From: an uncultured Holophagales bacterium
GTDB lineage: Bacteria > Acidobacteriota > Thermoanaerobaculia > UBA5066
DNA: 64,000 nucleotides
Reading direction: 5' to 3'
Assembly (NCBI GenBank): GCA_964561935.1
Contig: CAZLQX010000002.1
Location: 119,930 to 183,929, forward strand
Below the pieces are notes generated by a model. The model was not told where the DNA came from. It did not search any database and was given only the letters and a program-made list of their open reading frames with translations. Shown in pieces: positions 45,699-54,619 of the stretch. Position numbers and translations under genes: made by a program. How positions within the stretch are numbered: the first letter of the stretch is position 1; each line of letters begins with the position of its first letter.

Positions 45699-46019
45699 TC
45701 AGGGAGTGATGAGCGGAAGCGGGTCGACCGGCTCGATCGCCGCGTCTTCGAGACCGTCCTCGAGCTCTCCCTCGGCCGACCGCTGGCCGAGCTGCCACTT
45801 CACGAAGCCGCCGGCGACCTCGTCGAGCGCGATCCGGGAGTACTTGGTGTGCTTCGTCTCGACCTTCGGCCGTGCCCCGAGCATGAGCTGCTCGGCGCGG
45901 CGGGAGGCGATGTGGACGAGCCGGAACTTCGACTCGATCTGGGGCGTCTGCGGGGTCGTCTCGGGGGATTCGGTCATCGGGCTGGCTCCGGTCTCGTCGT
46001 TCACTGTCGTCACTTCCAC
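45699..46019 (-). CDS. rpoZ: RNA polymerase omega subunit
   Basis: IESKFRLVHIASRRAEQL..IALDEVAGG; canonical gmk-rpoZ-coaBC order; start could be ATG 45977. Confidence 0.85.
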   Translation of the reverse strand: MEVTTVNDETGASPMTESPETTPQTPQIESKFRLVHIASRRAEQLMLGARPKVETKHTKYSRIALDEVAGGFVKWQLGQRSAEGELEDGLEDAAIEPVDPLPLITP

Positions 46020-46035
46020 CTTCGGCTCGGCCGCG

Positions 46036-46662
46036 TCACGCGGGGAACGTCCTCAGGATGGCCTCCAGGCGCTCCTGCCGCCGCCGGCGGCTCGACCGGC
46101 GCGCCACGACGATCGACCGCAACTCGTCCACGGCCGCGTCGAGGACGTCGTTGATTATCGCATAGTCGTACTCGCCGAACTCCGCGAGCTCCCGCGCGGC
46201 GGCTCCGAGCCTCCGTGCGATCGACTCCGGGCTGTTGTGGCCCCGGGTCCGGAGGCGCTCCTCGAGGACCTGCCGGGACGGCGGGAAGACGAAGACCTTC
46301 ACGACCTCCGGCATGCGCGACCGGACCTGCCGAGCCCCCTGGACGTCGATGTCGAGGACGACGTCGATCCCGGCCGCGAGCCGCGGCTCGACCTCCCCCC
46401 GCGACGTCCCGTAGCGGTGCCCGTCGTAGACGGCGTGCTCGAGGAACCCGTCGTGCGCGGCGAGCGACTCGAACTCGTCCGGGGCGACGAAGTAGTACTC
46501 CCGCCCGTGGACCTCGCCCGGACGCGGTGGCCGCGTCGTGTGGGAGACGGAGAAGTGGATCGTCCCGGCGAACGCCGGGTCGGCGAGGATGCGGCGGATG
46601 AGCGTCGTCTTCCCGGCCCCGGACGGGGAGGAGACGATGAAGAGGTCTCCGGCGGGTCTCAC
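46036..46662 (-). CDS. gmk: Guanylate kinase
   Basis: IVSSPSGAGKTTL, SVSHTTRPPRPGEVHGREYYFV, YGTS, LDIDVQGARQV, VFVFPPS, YDYAIINDVL. Confidence 0.96.
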   Translation of the reverse strand: MRPAGDLFIVSSPSGAGKTTLIRRILADPAFAGTIHFSVSHTTRPPRPGEVHGREYYFVAPDEFESLAAHDGFLEHAVYDGHRYGTSRGEVEPRLAAGIDVVLDIDVQGARQVRSRMPEVVKVFVFPPSRQVLEERLRTRGHNSPESIARRLGAAARELAEFGEYDYAIINDVLDAAVDELRSIVVARRSSRRRRQERLEAILRTFPA

Positions 46663-46664
46663 GT

Positions 46665-47534
46665 TTACTCCACGTTCTGGATCTGTTCCTTGAGCGCCTC
46701 CACGTCCGACTTCAGGTCGAGGAGGATGCGCGTGAGCGGGAGCTCGCGGGCCTTCTGGCTCGCGGTGTTCGCCTCGCGGTGGAGCTCCTGGGCGAGGACG
46801 TCGAGCCGCTTCCCGCAGGCGCTCGCGCCCGCGAGAAGCCGCCGCACCTCCACGAGGTGCGCCCGGAAGCGGTCGACCTCCTCCGTGATGTCGGCCCGGT
46901 CGGCGAGGAGCGCGACCTCCTGCGCGAGCCGGGCCTCGTCGAGTGGCACCCCCGCGGCGAGCTTCGCCACGCGCTCCCTCAGCTGCGCGAGGAGCCGCTC
47001 GGAAAGGCCCTCGCGTTCGGAGGCGACGCGGCCGATTGCCTCGTCGAGGCGGTCGAGGACCGCCGAGAGGGCAGAGCGGACGGCCTCCCCTTCGCGCCGG
47101 CGGGAGGCATCGAAGTCGGCGAGGGCGGCGGCCGCGGCCTCCTGGATCGCCCCGGCGAGCGACTCGCCGGCCTCGTCCTCGGCGACGCGGACGACGCCCG
47201 GGAGGGAGAGGAGATCGCGGGCCGACAGCCCCGTCGGGAGGTCGCGCTCCGCGGCGAGGGAGATCCACGTCTCGGCGTAGCGCGCGGCCGTCGCCCCGTC
47301 GATCGTCACGGCGGCCCCGGCGGGCCGCGTCACGCGGACCGAGAGGTCGACGTGTCCGCGGACGACCGTCGCACCGACGAGCTTCCGGAGCGGCGCCTCG
47401 AGCGCGCCGAGGTCGTCCCGCATCTTGAGCGCGAGGTCGAGGAAGCGGTGGTTCACGCTCCGGAGCGTGATCGAGATCTGGGTCCCGTCGGGCAGGGCGG
47501 CCTGGGCCCGCCCGAAGCCGGTCATCGACTTCAC
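46665..47534 (-). CDS. yicC: YicC/YloC family endoribonuclease
   Basis: SMTGFGRA, SVNHRFLDL, RGHVDL, RRREG, ADRADITEEVDRF, GKRLDVLAQELHREANT..K, KEQIQNVE. Confidence 0.92.
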   Translation of the reverse strand: MKSMTGFGRAQAALPDGTQISITLRSVNHRFLDLALKMRDDLGALEAPLRKLVGATVVRGHVDLSVRVTRPAGAAVTIDGATAARYAETWISLAAERDLPTGLSARDLLSLPGVVRVAEDEAGESLAGAIQEAAAAALADFDASRRREGEAVRSALSAVLDRLDEAIGRVASEREGLSERLLAQLRERVAKLAAGVPLDEARLAQEVALLADRADITEEVDRFRAHLVEVRRLLAGASACGKRLDVLAQELHREANTASQKARELPLTRILLDLKSDVEALKEQIQNVE

Positions 47535-49420
47535 GGTGTCTTTCCCTCCTCGAAGGCCGCGAGGTCGTGCAGCCTCCGGTAGACGCCCCCGAGGGCGAGG
47601 AGCTCGGAGTGGCGGCCCCGTTCGACGATGCCGCCGCGGTCGAGCACGACGATCTGGTCGGCCCGCCGGACGGTCGAGAGGCGGTGGGCGATGACGAGGG
47701 TCGTCCGACCGGCCATGAGCCGCTCGAGAGCCGCCTGGACGGCCCTCTCGCTTTCCGTGTCCAGGGCCGAGGTCGCCTCGTCGAGGATCAGGATCGGCGG
47801 GTCCTTCAGGAGCGCCCGGGCGATCGCGAGCCGCTGCCGCTGTCCGCCCGAGAGCCGCCCGCCCGCCTCGCCGACGCGCGTGTCGAGCCCCTTCGGCAGG
47901 GCGTCGACGAACTCCGCCGCGTTCGCCGCGGCGAGCGCTTCGCGGATCCGCGCCTCGGGGACCCCCTCGAGGCCGTACGCGACGTTCCTGCGCACGGTGT
48001 CGTCGAAGAGAACGACCTCCTGCGTGACGAGAGCCATGGCTCCGCGAAGCGACCCGAGCGTGACGTCGCGGACGTCCGACCCGTCGATCGCGATCCGCCC
48101 CGCCGTCACGTCCATGAACCGCGGGAGGAGGTTCGCGAGCGTCGTCTTCCCCGCTCCCGACGGGCCGACGAGCGCGGTCACCGAGCCGCGCGGGACGACG
48201 AGGTCGACGCCCGAAAGGACGTCGGGCCCGCCCGGGTAGGCGAACGAGACCCCTTCGAAGCGGACCTCCTTCTCGAACGGCCGTAGCGGCGCGGCCCCGG
48301 GCCGGTCGACGACGAGGACGGGGGCGTCCAGGACCTCGAAGAGGCGCCGCGCCGAGGCGAGAGCCTGCTGGAGCGCGAGGTTGATCCGCGTCGCCCGCTT
48401 GAAGGGCTGGTACATCATCACCAGCCCGACCCCGAACGAGATGAAGGCCCCGAGCGTCATCGTCCCGGCCTCGATACGCCTTCCCGCGTAGCCGAGGAGG
48501 ACGAGGAACGCGACGACCGAGGCGGTCTCCACGAGGGGCGACGACAGGGCCATGACTCCCGCGCCCTTCCGGAGGAGCCGGAACGTCCGCTCGTTGACTT
48601 CGCCGAATCGTTCCGCTTCGTAGCGCTCCGCCCCGTACGCCTGGACGACGCGGTGCCCGCGGAGCGTCTCCGAGAGGACACCCGTGAGGTCGCCCATCCG
48701 CTCGCGTCCCGCCTTGGAGATCCTGCGGAGCCGGTTCGCGATCAGGACGACCGGCACGACGATCGCGGGCGCGACGACGAGGGCGACGAGCGTCAGCTCG
48801 GGCGATCGCGAGACGACGAGGACCGACAGCCCGAGGAGAGTCGCGACCGACTGGACGAGGTCGGCGAGGTCCGTCCCGAACAGGCTCTGAATCCGGTCGA
48901 CGTCTCCCGTCACGCGGGAGATAAGGTCCCCCGACGGGTTCTTCGCGTGGAAGTCCCCGGACTGGCCGAGGAGCCTCTCGTAGACGACGCGGCGGACGTC
49001 CCTCACGAACGCGAGCCCGACGGCGTTGAAACGGTACTCGGCCGCGAAGGCGCAGAGGTTCTTCAGGACGAACGCGACGAGGAGGATGACCGGCAGGACG
49101 ACGCCTCGGTTCGACGGCGTGACGCCGAGGGCCTCCTGGAGGTCCCCGAGCCTGTCGTCGAGCCAGCGGATGACCGGCGTCTTCCTCGCCGCCTCCGCGG
49201 CCCCGAGCGCCTTCCCGAGTCCGCGCGCGGCCGGGTCGGCGGCGAGCTCCTGTTCCACTGCGGCGCTCTCGCCCGGCGAGAGGACCTGGTCGAAGAGCGG
49301 CCCGAAGAGGTAGGCCACGAGCGTCGTGAAGACCGCGACCCCGACCATCGCGAGGACGGCGACGAGCGCCGCCCTCGCGTGCGGCCGGAAGAGGCGCGCG
49401 AGGCGGACGAAGTCCCTCAT
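47531..49420 (-). CDS. msbA: MsbA-like lipid A/ABC exporter (TMD+NBD)
   Basis: TMD plus ALVGPSGAGKTT, VTQEVVLFDDT, LSGGQRQRLAIARA, LILDEATSALD, IAHRLST; adjacent to lpxB. Confidence 0.82.
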   Translation of the reverse strand: MRDFVRLARLFRPHARAALVAVLAMVGVAVFTTLVAYLFGPLFDQVLSPGESAAVEQELAADPAARGLGKALGAAEAARKTPVIRWLDDRLGDLQEALGVTPSNRGVVLPVILLVAFVLKNLCAFAAEYRFNAVGLAFVRDVRRVVYERLLGQSGDFHAKNPSGDLISRVTGDVDRIQSLFGTDLADLVQSVATLLGLSVLVVSRSPELTLVALVVAPAIVVPVVLIANRLRRISKAGRERMGDLTGVLSETLRGHRVVQAYGAERYEAERFGEVNERTFRLLRKGAGVMALSSPLVETASVVAFLVLLGYAGRRIEAGTMTLGAFISFGVGLVMMYQPFKRATRINLALQQALASARRLFEVLDAPVLVVDRPGAAPLRPFEKEVRFEGVSFAYPGGPDVLSGVDLVVPRGSVTALVGPSGAGKTTLANLLPRFMDVTAGRIAIDGSDVRDVTLGSLRGAMALVTQEVVLFDDTVRRNVAYGLEGVPEARIREALAAANAAEFVDALPKGLDTRVGEAGGRLSGGQRQRLAIARALLKDPPILILDEATSALDTESERAVQAALERLMAGRTTLVIAHRLSTVRRADQIVVLDRGGIVERGRHSELLALGGVYRRLHDLAAFEEGKTP

Positions 49421-50562
49421 GACGGCCCCGTGCCGAGGAGGGCGAGGAGGGCCTCGGCCGTTCTCTCCGGAGCTCCGGGCGGTCCGAGCTCCTCGCGGCC
49501 GAGGGCGAGGCGCCGGCGCGTCTCCGCAGCGCGCGCGGGCTCGTCGAGGAGCCGCGCGACCTCCTCGGCGACACGTTCCGGCCTCGCGTCCCCCTGGATG
49601 AGCTCGGGCACGGCCTGAGAGCCGTCGCCCGGGTCGGAGAGGATGTTCGCCATCGCGACGTTCGGCACCTTCACGAGGAGTCTCCCGAGGAGGTAGCTGA
49701 GCGTCGCGACGCGGTAGACGACGACCATCGGCACCCCGGTCAGGAGCCCCTCGACCGTGGCGGTCCCCGAGGCGACGAGGAGGGCGTCCGACGCCGCGAG
49801 GAGCGAGAGGTGAGGACCGGAAACGACGGTCCACCCCGCAAGCGCCTCCCCGGCGACCTCGCGCAGGAGCTCGTCGGGAACCGAGTCGGCCTTGACGAGG
49901 ACGACGTCGAGGTCGTTCCTGCGCGACGCGAGGATCCCGACGGCGTCCCGGAGGAGCGGGAGGAGCTTCCGGATCTCGCCGGCCCGCGAGCCGGGCATCA
50001 GGACGATCCGACGGCGGCCGGCGAGAGGCGGCGGGAACGGCTCCGCGAGCTCCCGCGCCGCCTCGTCGACGAGGGGATGGCCGACCCACGTCACGCGGTC
50101 TCCGAGGCCGCGCGCGTCGTACCACCTCTTCTCGAACCGGAAGAGCGTCAGGACGGCCCGCCCGATCCGCGCGATCGTCCGGGCGCGGCCGCTCCTCCAG
50201 GCCCAGACCTGGGGCGAGACGTAGAAGACGACCGGGACGCCGGCCTTCGCGAGACGCCGCGCGAGCGGGAGGTGGAAGTCGGGAGAGTCGATCAGGACGG
50301 CGGCGTCCACTCGCTGCGCGAGCGCTTCGCGCGTCATCTCCCTCATCAGGCGGTGCGCGAAGCGGACCTTCGCGAGCGCTTCGACGACCCCGATGATCGC
50401 GAGGTCCTTCTGGTGCGCGAGAAGCCTCATGCCACGCTCCGCGCAGCGGTCTCCGCCGAGGCCGACGGCCTCGAGCCCCTCGACCCGCGCCGCGAGGGCG
50501 CGGAGGAGCGCCGCGCCGTGCTGGTCGCCGGAGACCTCGCCCGCCGAAAGGAGGAGCCTCAT
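49417..50562 (-). CDS. lpxB: Lipid-A-disaccharide synthase
   Basis: SAGEVSGDQHGA, IDSPDFHL, YVSPQVWAWRSGR, WVGHPL, LMPGSRAGE, SGTATVE, PMVVVY, VPELIQ. Confidence 0.95.
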   Translation of the reverse strand: MRLLLSAGEVSGDQHGAALLRALAARVEGLEAVGLGGDRCAERGMRLLAHQKDLAIIGVVEALAKVRFAHRLMREMTREALAQRVDAAVLIDSPDFHLPLARRLAKAGVPVVFYVSPQVWAWRSGRARTIARIGRAVLTLFRFEKRWYDARGLGDRVTWVGHPLVDEAARELAEPFPPPLAGRRRIVLMPGSRAGEIRKLLPLLRDAVGILASRRNDLDVVLVKADSVPDELLREVAGEALAGWTVVSGPHLSLLAASDALLVASGTATVEGLLTGVPMVVVYRVATLSYLLGRLLVKVPNVAMANILSDPGDGSQAVPELIQGDARPERVAEEVARLLDEPARAAETRRRLALGREELGPPGAPERTAEALLALLGTGPS

Positions 50563-50566
50563 CCGG

Positions 50567-50758
50567 CTAGCGTCCTCCGACGAGCGACATCGCCCACGCG
50601 GCCGCGAGCGACCCGCCCACGATGGCGGACCACATCCTCACGAAGAACCGTCTCCGCGCGCGCGTCCCTTCCCTCCAGAGGAGGGCGAAGAAGGCCGCGA
50701 GGATCGTGCCGAGGACGACGACGTGGAGGAAATGGTCCGCGAAGGGGGACGCGTTCAC
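50567..50758 (-). CDS. Small two-TM membrane protein
   Basis: 63 aa, two hydrophobic helices; in operon context with a 4-nt overlap upstream. Confidence 0.6.
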   Translation of the reverse strand: MNASPFADHFLHVVVLGTILAAFFALLWREGTRARRRFFVRMWSAIVGGSLAAAWAMSLVGGR

Positions 50759-51138
50759 GGTCGCAGCTCCCCCGCGACGTCCCAGGCGTCGAGCGCGAGG
50801 AGGACGTTCAGGACGCCCGCGACGACGAGGTACGTCGTCGCGACCTCGAACGAGGGGCTCCCCGGGGCGCCGGATCCCGCTCCGAGGACACGGGCCGCAA
50901 GAACCGGTCCGACGACCGCGTGCGTCGCCGTCGTCGTCAGGAACCCGCCGACGCCCCGGCCCGGGAACGTCCCGAGCGCCCCTCCGAGGGCCAGCCCGAT
51001 CGCGAAGGCCGAGCCGACGAGAACGAGGAACGCGGCGCCGTCACGGCGCCGGCCCGCCCAGGCGTGCCCGAGACCGGGAACGAGGAGGGTGAGCAGCGCC
51101 GCGAGGAGGCGCGGGGCGGGCCGCGCGACGCGGGTCAG
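50755..51138 (-). CDS. Small membrane protein (DUF6677-like)
   Basis: LLVPGLGHAWAGRR...TTYLVVAGVLNVLLALDAWD in the 3' part of ORF 50755..51567; start uncertain (CTG overlapping HIT stop, or a nearby codon). Confidence 0.6.
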   Translation of the reverse strand: MTRVARPAPRLLAALLTLLVPGLGHAWAGRRRDGAAFLVLVGSAFAIGLALGGALGTFPGRGVGGFLTTTATHAVVGPVLAARVLGAGSGAPGSPSFEVATTYLVVAGVLNVLLALDAWDVAGELRP

Positions 51139-51638
51139 GGCGTCCCCTCCGGCGCGCCGAGGCGCGCGCGGAGCCGCCGGTAGGTGACGTCGAGGTCCTC
51201 CGGGACGACGCGCGTCCCGCCGACGACCGTCATGAAGCTCGTGTCGCCGTCCCAGCGTGGGACGACGTGCATGTGGAGGTGGCCGGGCACTCCGGCGCCA
51301 GCGCACTTCCCCAGGTTCAGGCCGGCGTTGATCCCCTGCGGGGCGTACTCCGCGCGGAGCGTCCCTTCGAGCCGCGCCGTCAGCTCGATGAGATCGGTGC
51401 GCTCCTGGGGCGTCAGGTCGGGAAGCGTGGCGCGGTGCGCGTAGGGCGCGACCATGACGTGACCGTTGGCGTAGGGATAGCGATTCAGCACGGCGTAGAC
51501 GAGCCGTCCCCTCTCGACGATCAGGGCCTCGGCATCGCCGAGGCCCGCGAGGTCGCAGAAGAGGCATCCGGACCCGCCGGACGGGGAGGTGGCGGTCAGG
51601 TACGTCATCCGCCAGGGCGTGAAGAGGACGTCGGTCAT
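51135..51638 (-). CDS. HIT-family hydrolase (Ap4A phosphorylase/hydrolase-like)
   Basis: LFTPWRMTY, CLFC, LNRYPYANGHVMVAPY, GINAGLNLG..AGAGVPGHLHMHVVPRW (HxHxH). Confidence 0.92.
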   Translation of the reverse strand: MTDVLFTPWRMTYLTATSPSGGSGCLFCDLAGLGDAEALIVERGRLVYAVLNRYPYANGHVMVAPYAHRATLPDLTPQERTDLIELTARLEGTLRAEYAPQGINAGLNLGKCAGAGVPGHLHMHVVPRWDGDTSFMTVVGGTRVVPEDLDVTYRRLRARLGAPEGTP

Positions 51639-52009
51639 CCCTCCGGCGGCGCCGGGATCGCCTGCGAGGCCGCCCCGGGCGACGGCGCCTCCTCGTTGAT
51701 GAGCTCCTTGAGCTTCTTGCCGGGCTTGAAGTACGGGACGAGCTTGGGCGGAACGTGGACCTTCACGCCGCTCTTCTTGGGGTTCCGCGCCACGCGGGCC
51801 CCTCTCTGGCGGAGCTTGAAGCTTCCGAATCCGCGCAACTCGATCTTCTGGCCCGCCCGCAGCGAGGCGATGATCCCCTGGAAAACCGACTCGACGACGG
51901 TCTCGGCCTGCTTTTTCGTCAGGTCCGCCGCGCGGGCGACCTCCTCGACGAGGTCGGCCTTGGTGGTCGTCTCCTCCGCCCGGCTGACGCCCTGGGTTTC
52001 GCGTTCCAT
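51635..52009 (-). CDS. ihfB: Integration host factor beta / HU-family protein
   Basis: TKADLVEEVA, KIELRGFGSF, ARNPKKSG, VPYFKPGKKLKELIN; canonical position after rpsA. Confidence 0.8.
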   Translation of the reverse strand: MERETQGVSRAEETTTKADLVEEVARAADLTKKQAETVVESVFQGIIASLRAGQKIELRGFGSFKLRQRGARVARNPKKSGVKVHVPPKLVPYFKPGKKLKELINEEAPSPGAASQAIPAPPEG

Positions 52010-52079
52010 CTCCTCCCCCCGGGGGGAGCGCCGGCCTGCCGGCGCCCCCCGCGGCGCCTCCTCGCAGGCGCCGCGTCCG

Positions 52080-53861
52080 TCAGTCGTCGGTCTTCGCGTC
52101 CTCTGCAGGAGCCTCGGTGTCCGGCTCGACGGGAGCCACGGCCGGAGGCTCGTCGCCCGGCGCGACGGAGGCCTCGGCCTCCGGAACGGTCTCCGTCGGC
52201 TCCCCCTCGGGAGCCGCGACCTCGCTCGGGTCGGGCTGCGGGACGTCCCTCATCGAGAGGCCGATCCGCTGCTCCTCCACCTCGATCCGCAGGATCCGAA
52301 CCCGGATCGCGTCCCCCTCGTGGAACTCGTCGGAGAGCTTCGCCCCGCGGAGGACGTCGGTCTCCGAGACGTGCATGAGGCCTTCGAGCCCGAGCGGCAG
52401 CCGCACGAAGACGCCGAAGTCGGCGACCTTCGCGACCTGCCCGTCGACGACGTCGCCGGGTTTGTGCTCGCGCGAGAACTCCTCCCACTCGTTCGGGCGG
52501 AACTCCTTGATGGAGAGGCTGATCCGCCGGTTCTCCACGTCGATCGCGGTGAGCACGGCCTGGATCTGGTCGCCCTTCTTGAGCACCTCGGAGGGGTGCT
52601 TCACCCGGCGGCCCCACGACATGTCGGAGATGTGGACGAGCCCGTCGATCCCCTCCTCGATCTCGACGAAAGCGCCGAAATCGGTCAGGTTGCGGACGAC
52701 GCCCTGGATCCGGTCGCCGATCCGGTACTTCTCGGCGAGCATCTCCCACGGGTTCGGCTCCGTCGCTCGGAGAGAGAGCGAAAGGCGGCGCGTCTCGGGG
52801 TTCACGTCGGCGATGACGGCCTCGACCGTGTCGCCGACCGAGAGGAGCTTCGAGGGGTTCTTGACCTTCTTCGTCCAGGACATCTCGCTGACGTGGATGA
52901 GGCCCTCGACCCCCTCCTCGAGCTCGACGAACGCGCCGTAGTCCGTCAGGGAGACGACCTTGCCGCGGACCCGGGCGCCGACCGGATAGTGCGCCGGGAG
53001 GTCCTGCCAGGGGTCGGGCTTGAGCTGCTTCATGCCGAGGGAGATGCGCCCGGAGTCGGAGTCGAACTTCAGGACGCGGACCTCGACCTCCTGCCCGACG
53101 TGGAGCGCCTCGGAGGGATGCCCAAGACGGCCCCAGGAGATGTCGGTCACGTGAAGCAGACCGTCGATCCCGCCGAGGTCGACGAACGCCCCGTACTCGG
53201 TCAGGTTCTTCACGACGCCGTGGAGCGTGCGGCCGTCGGCGAGCGCCTGCGCGGCCTCCGCCTTTTTCGCCTCGGCGACCTCCTCCATGAGGGCCTTGCG
53301 CGAGAGGACGATGTTCCCGCGCTTCTTGTCGAAGCTGACGATGCGGAACTCGAGCTCGCGGCCTCGGAGGACGTCGAGGTTCTTCAGCGGCCGGATGTCG
53401 GCGAGCGAGCCGGGGAGGAAGGCCCGGACGCCGATGTCGACGGAGAGTCCGCCCTTGACGCGCTCGAGGACCTTCCCCTTGACGGGCTGGTTCTCCTTGA
53501 AGGCGCCCTCGATGGCGTCCCAGGCCCGGATGCGGCGGGCCTTCTCATGGGAGAGGACGACGTACCCCGAGGAGTCCTCGCGGCGATCGACGATCGCGTC
53601 GATCTCCTGCCCGGCCTGCGGAAGGCGGTCCGGCGCGTGGGCGAACTCCGCGCGCGGGATCATCCCCTCCGACTTGTAGCCGATGTCGACGAGGATCTCG
53701 TCGTTCGTGACCTGGATGACACGCCCCCGGATCAGCTCTCCCTCGGCCAGGGAGCGCTCGCTCTCGGCGAGCAGCCTCGCGAACTCGCCGTTCGCGTCGG
53801 AAGCCTCCTCCGGCTTCCGGATGGGCGTGATCTTCTGGTCCTCCGACGGCATGAATTCCAC
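52080..53861 (-). CDS. rpsA: 30S ribosomal protein S1
   Basis: Repeated S1 domains (VDIGYKSEG, KGGLSVDIG.RAFLPGS, YGAFVDLGGIDGLLHVTD, YGAFVELEEGVEGLIHVSEMSW, FGAFVEIEEGIDGLVHISD); start may be ATG 53852. Confidence 0.97.
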   Translation of the reverse strand: MEFMPSEDQKITPIRKPEEASDANGEFARLLAESERSLAEGELIRGRVIQVTNDEILVDIGYKSEGMIPRAEFAHAPDRLPQAGQEIDAIVDRREDSSGYVVLSHEKARRIRAWDAIEGAFKENQPVKGKVLERVKGGLSVDIGVRAFLPGSLADIRPLKNLDVLRGRELEFRIVSFDKKRGNIVLSRKALMEEVAEAKKAEAAQALADGRTLHGVVKNLTEYGAFVDLGGIDGLLHVTDISWGRLGHPSEALHVGQEVEVRVLKFDSDSGRISLGMKQLKPDPWQDLPAHYPVGARVRGKVVSLTDYGAFVELEEGVEGLIHVSEMSWTKKVKNPSKLLSVGDTVEAVIADVNPETRRLSLSLRATEPNPWEMLAEKYRIGDRIQGVVRNLTDFGAFVEIEEGIDGLVHISDMSWGRRVKHPSEVLKKGDQIQAVLTAIDVENRRISLSIKEFRPNEWEEFSREHKPGDVVDGQVAKVADFGVFVRLPLGLEGLMHVSETDVLRGAKLSDEFHEGDAIRVRILRIEVEEQRIGLSMRDVPQPDPSEVAAPEGEPTETVPEAEASVAPGDEPPAVAPVEPDTEAPAEDAKTDD

Positions 53862-53919
53862 CTTCTCGAGGGCTCGCGGAGACGGCTCAAGGCTCTTGAG
53901 TTAGCGGCCCGAAACGGGA

Positions 53920-53948
53920 ATGTTAGACGGAGGCCCCCCGCAGGTCAA
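53920..53948 (-). promoter_or_regulatory. sigma70-type promoter for rpsA
   Basis: Minus strand TTGACC (53948-53943), 17-nt spacer, TAACAT (53925-53920); leader contains hairpin ctcaag-gct-cttgag (53886-53900). Confidence 0.65.
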
Positions 53949-54619
53949 CAGCCCGGCCTGCGCCGGACGAGGGTACACAGCCGGTCGGCGATCTCTTCCG
54001 CCCCCAGGTCGGACGTGTCGACGACGACGTACGTCTCGTCGCAGGTGAGCGGCGAGTCCGCGCGGGTCGAGTCGGCCCGATCCCGGGCCTCCATCTCCGC
54101 CCGGACGGCCGCAAGCTCCTGTGGCGTCCCCTTCCTCTCGAGCTCCTCGTACCGGCGGACGGCCCTCACCTCCGGGCGAGCCGTGAGGAAGAACTTCGCC
54201 GTCGCCTCCGGGACGACCTTCGTCCCGATGTCGCGTCCCTCGAGGACCCCCCCTCCCGCGAGGGCGAGCTCGCGCTGGCGGGCCGCGAGGCGGCGCCTCA
54301 CGCGCGGGACGGCGGCCACGGCCGACGCATAGCGCGAGATCTCGGGCTCGCGGATCTCGGCGGAGACGTCCGACCCGTCGAGAAGGACCCGGACGTCCCC
54401 GCCCGTTCCGGTCACGACGACGTCCGCCCTCTCCGCCAGCTCTCCGACCCGGTCGGGGTCGGAGATCGGAAGCGGCACGCCGGCCCGCCTCGCCAGGAGA
54501 CCGACGGCCCGGTACATCGCCCCTGTGTCGAGGTAGGGGACGCCGAGACGGGCGGCGAGCGCCCTTCCCACGGTCGACTTCCCGACACCCGAGGGTCCGT
54601 CGATCGCGACGACGATCAT
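53945..54619 (-). CDS. cmk: Cytidylate kinase
   Basis: VAIDGPSGVGKST, YLDTGAMYRAV, VLEGRDIGT, KFFLTA...R, RDRADSTRADSPL, VDTSDL. Confidence 0.96.
   Translation of the reverse strand: MIVVAIDGPSGVGKSTVGRALAARLGVPYLDTGAMYRAVGLLARRAGVPLPISDPDRVGELAERADVVVTGTGGDVRVLLDGSDVSAEIREPEISRYASAVAAVPRVRRRLAARQRELALAGGGVLEGRDIGTKVVPEATAKFFLTARPEVRAVRRYEELERKGTPQELAAVRAEMEARDRADSTRADSPLTCDETYVVVDTSDLGAEEIADRLCTLVRRRPGC

Noticed and set aside
53143-53158. parS-like TCGGTCACGTGAAGCA inside rpsA
   Set aside because: Only 12/16 match to TGTTTCACGTGAAACA, the outer arms are not palindromic, and it lies in a highly constrained CDS; likely chance.
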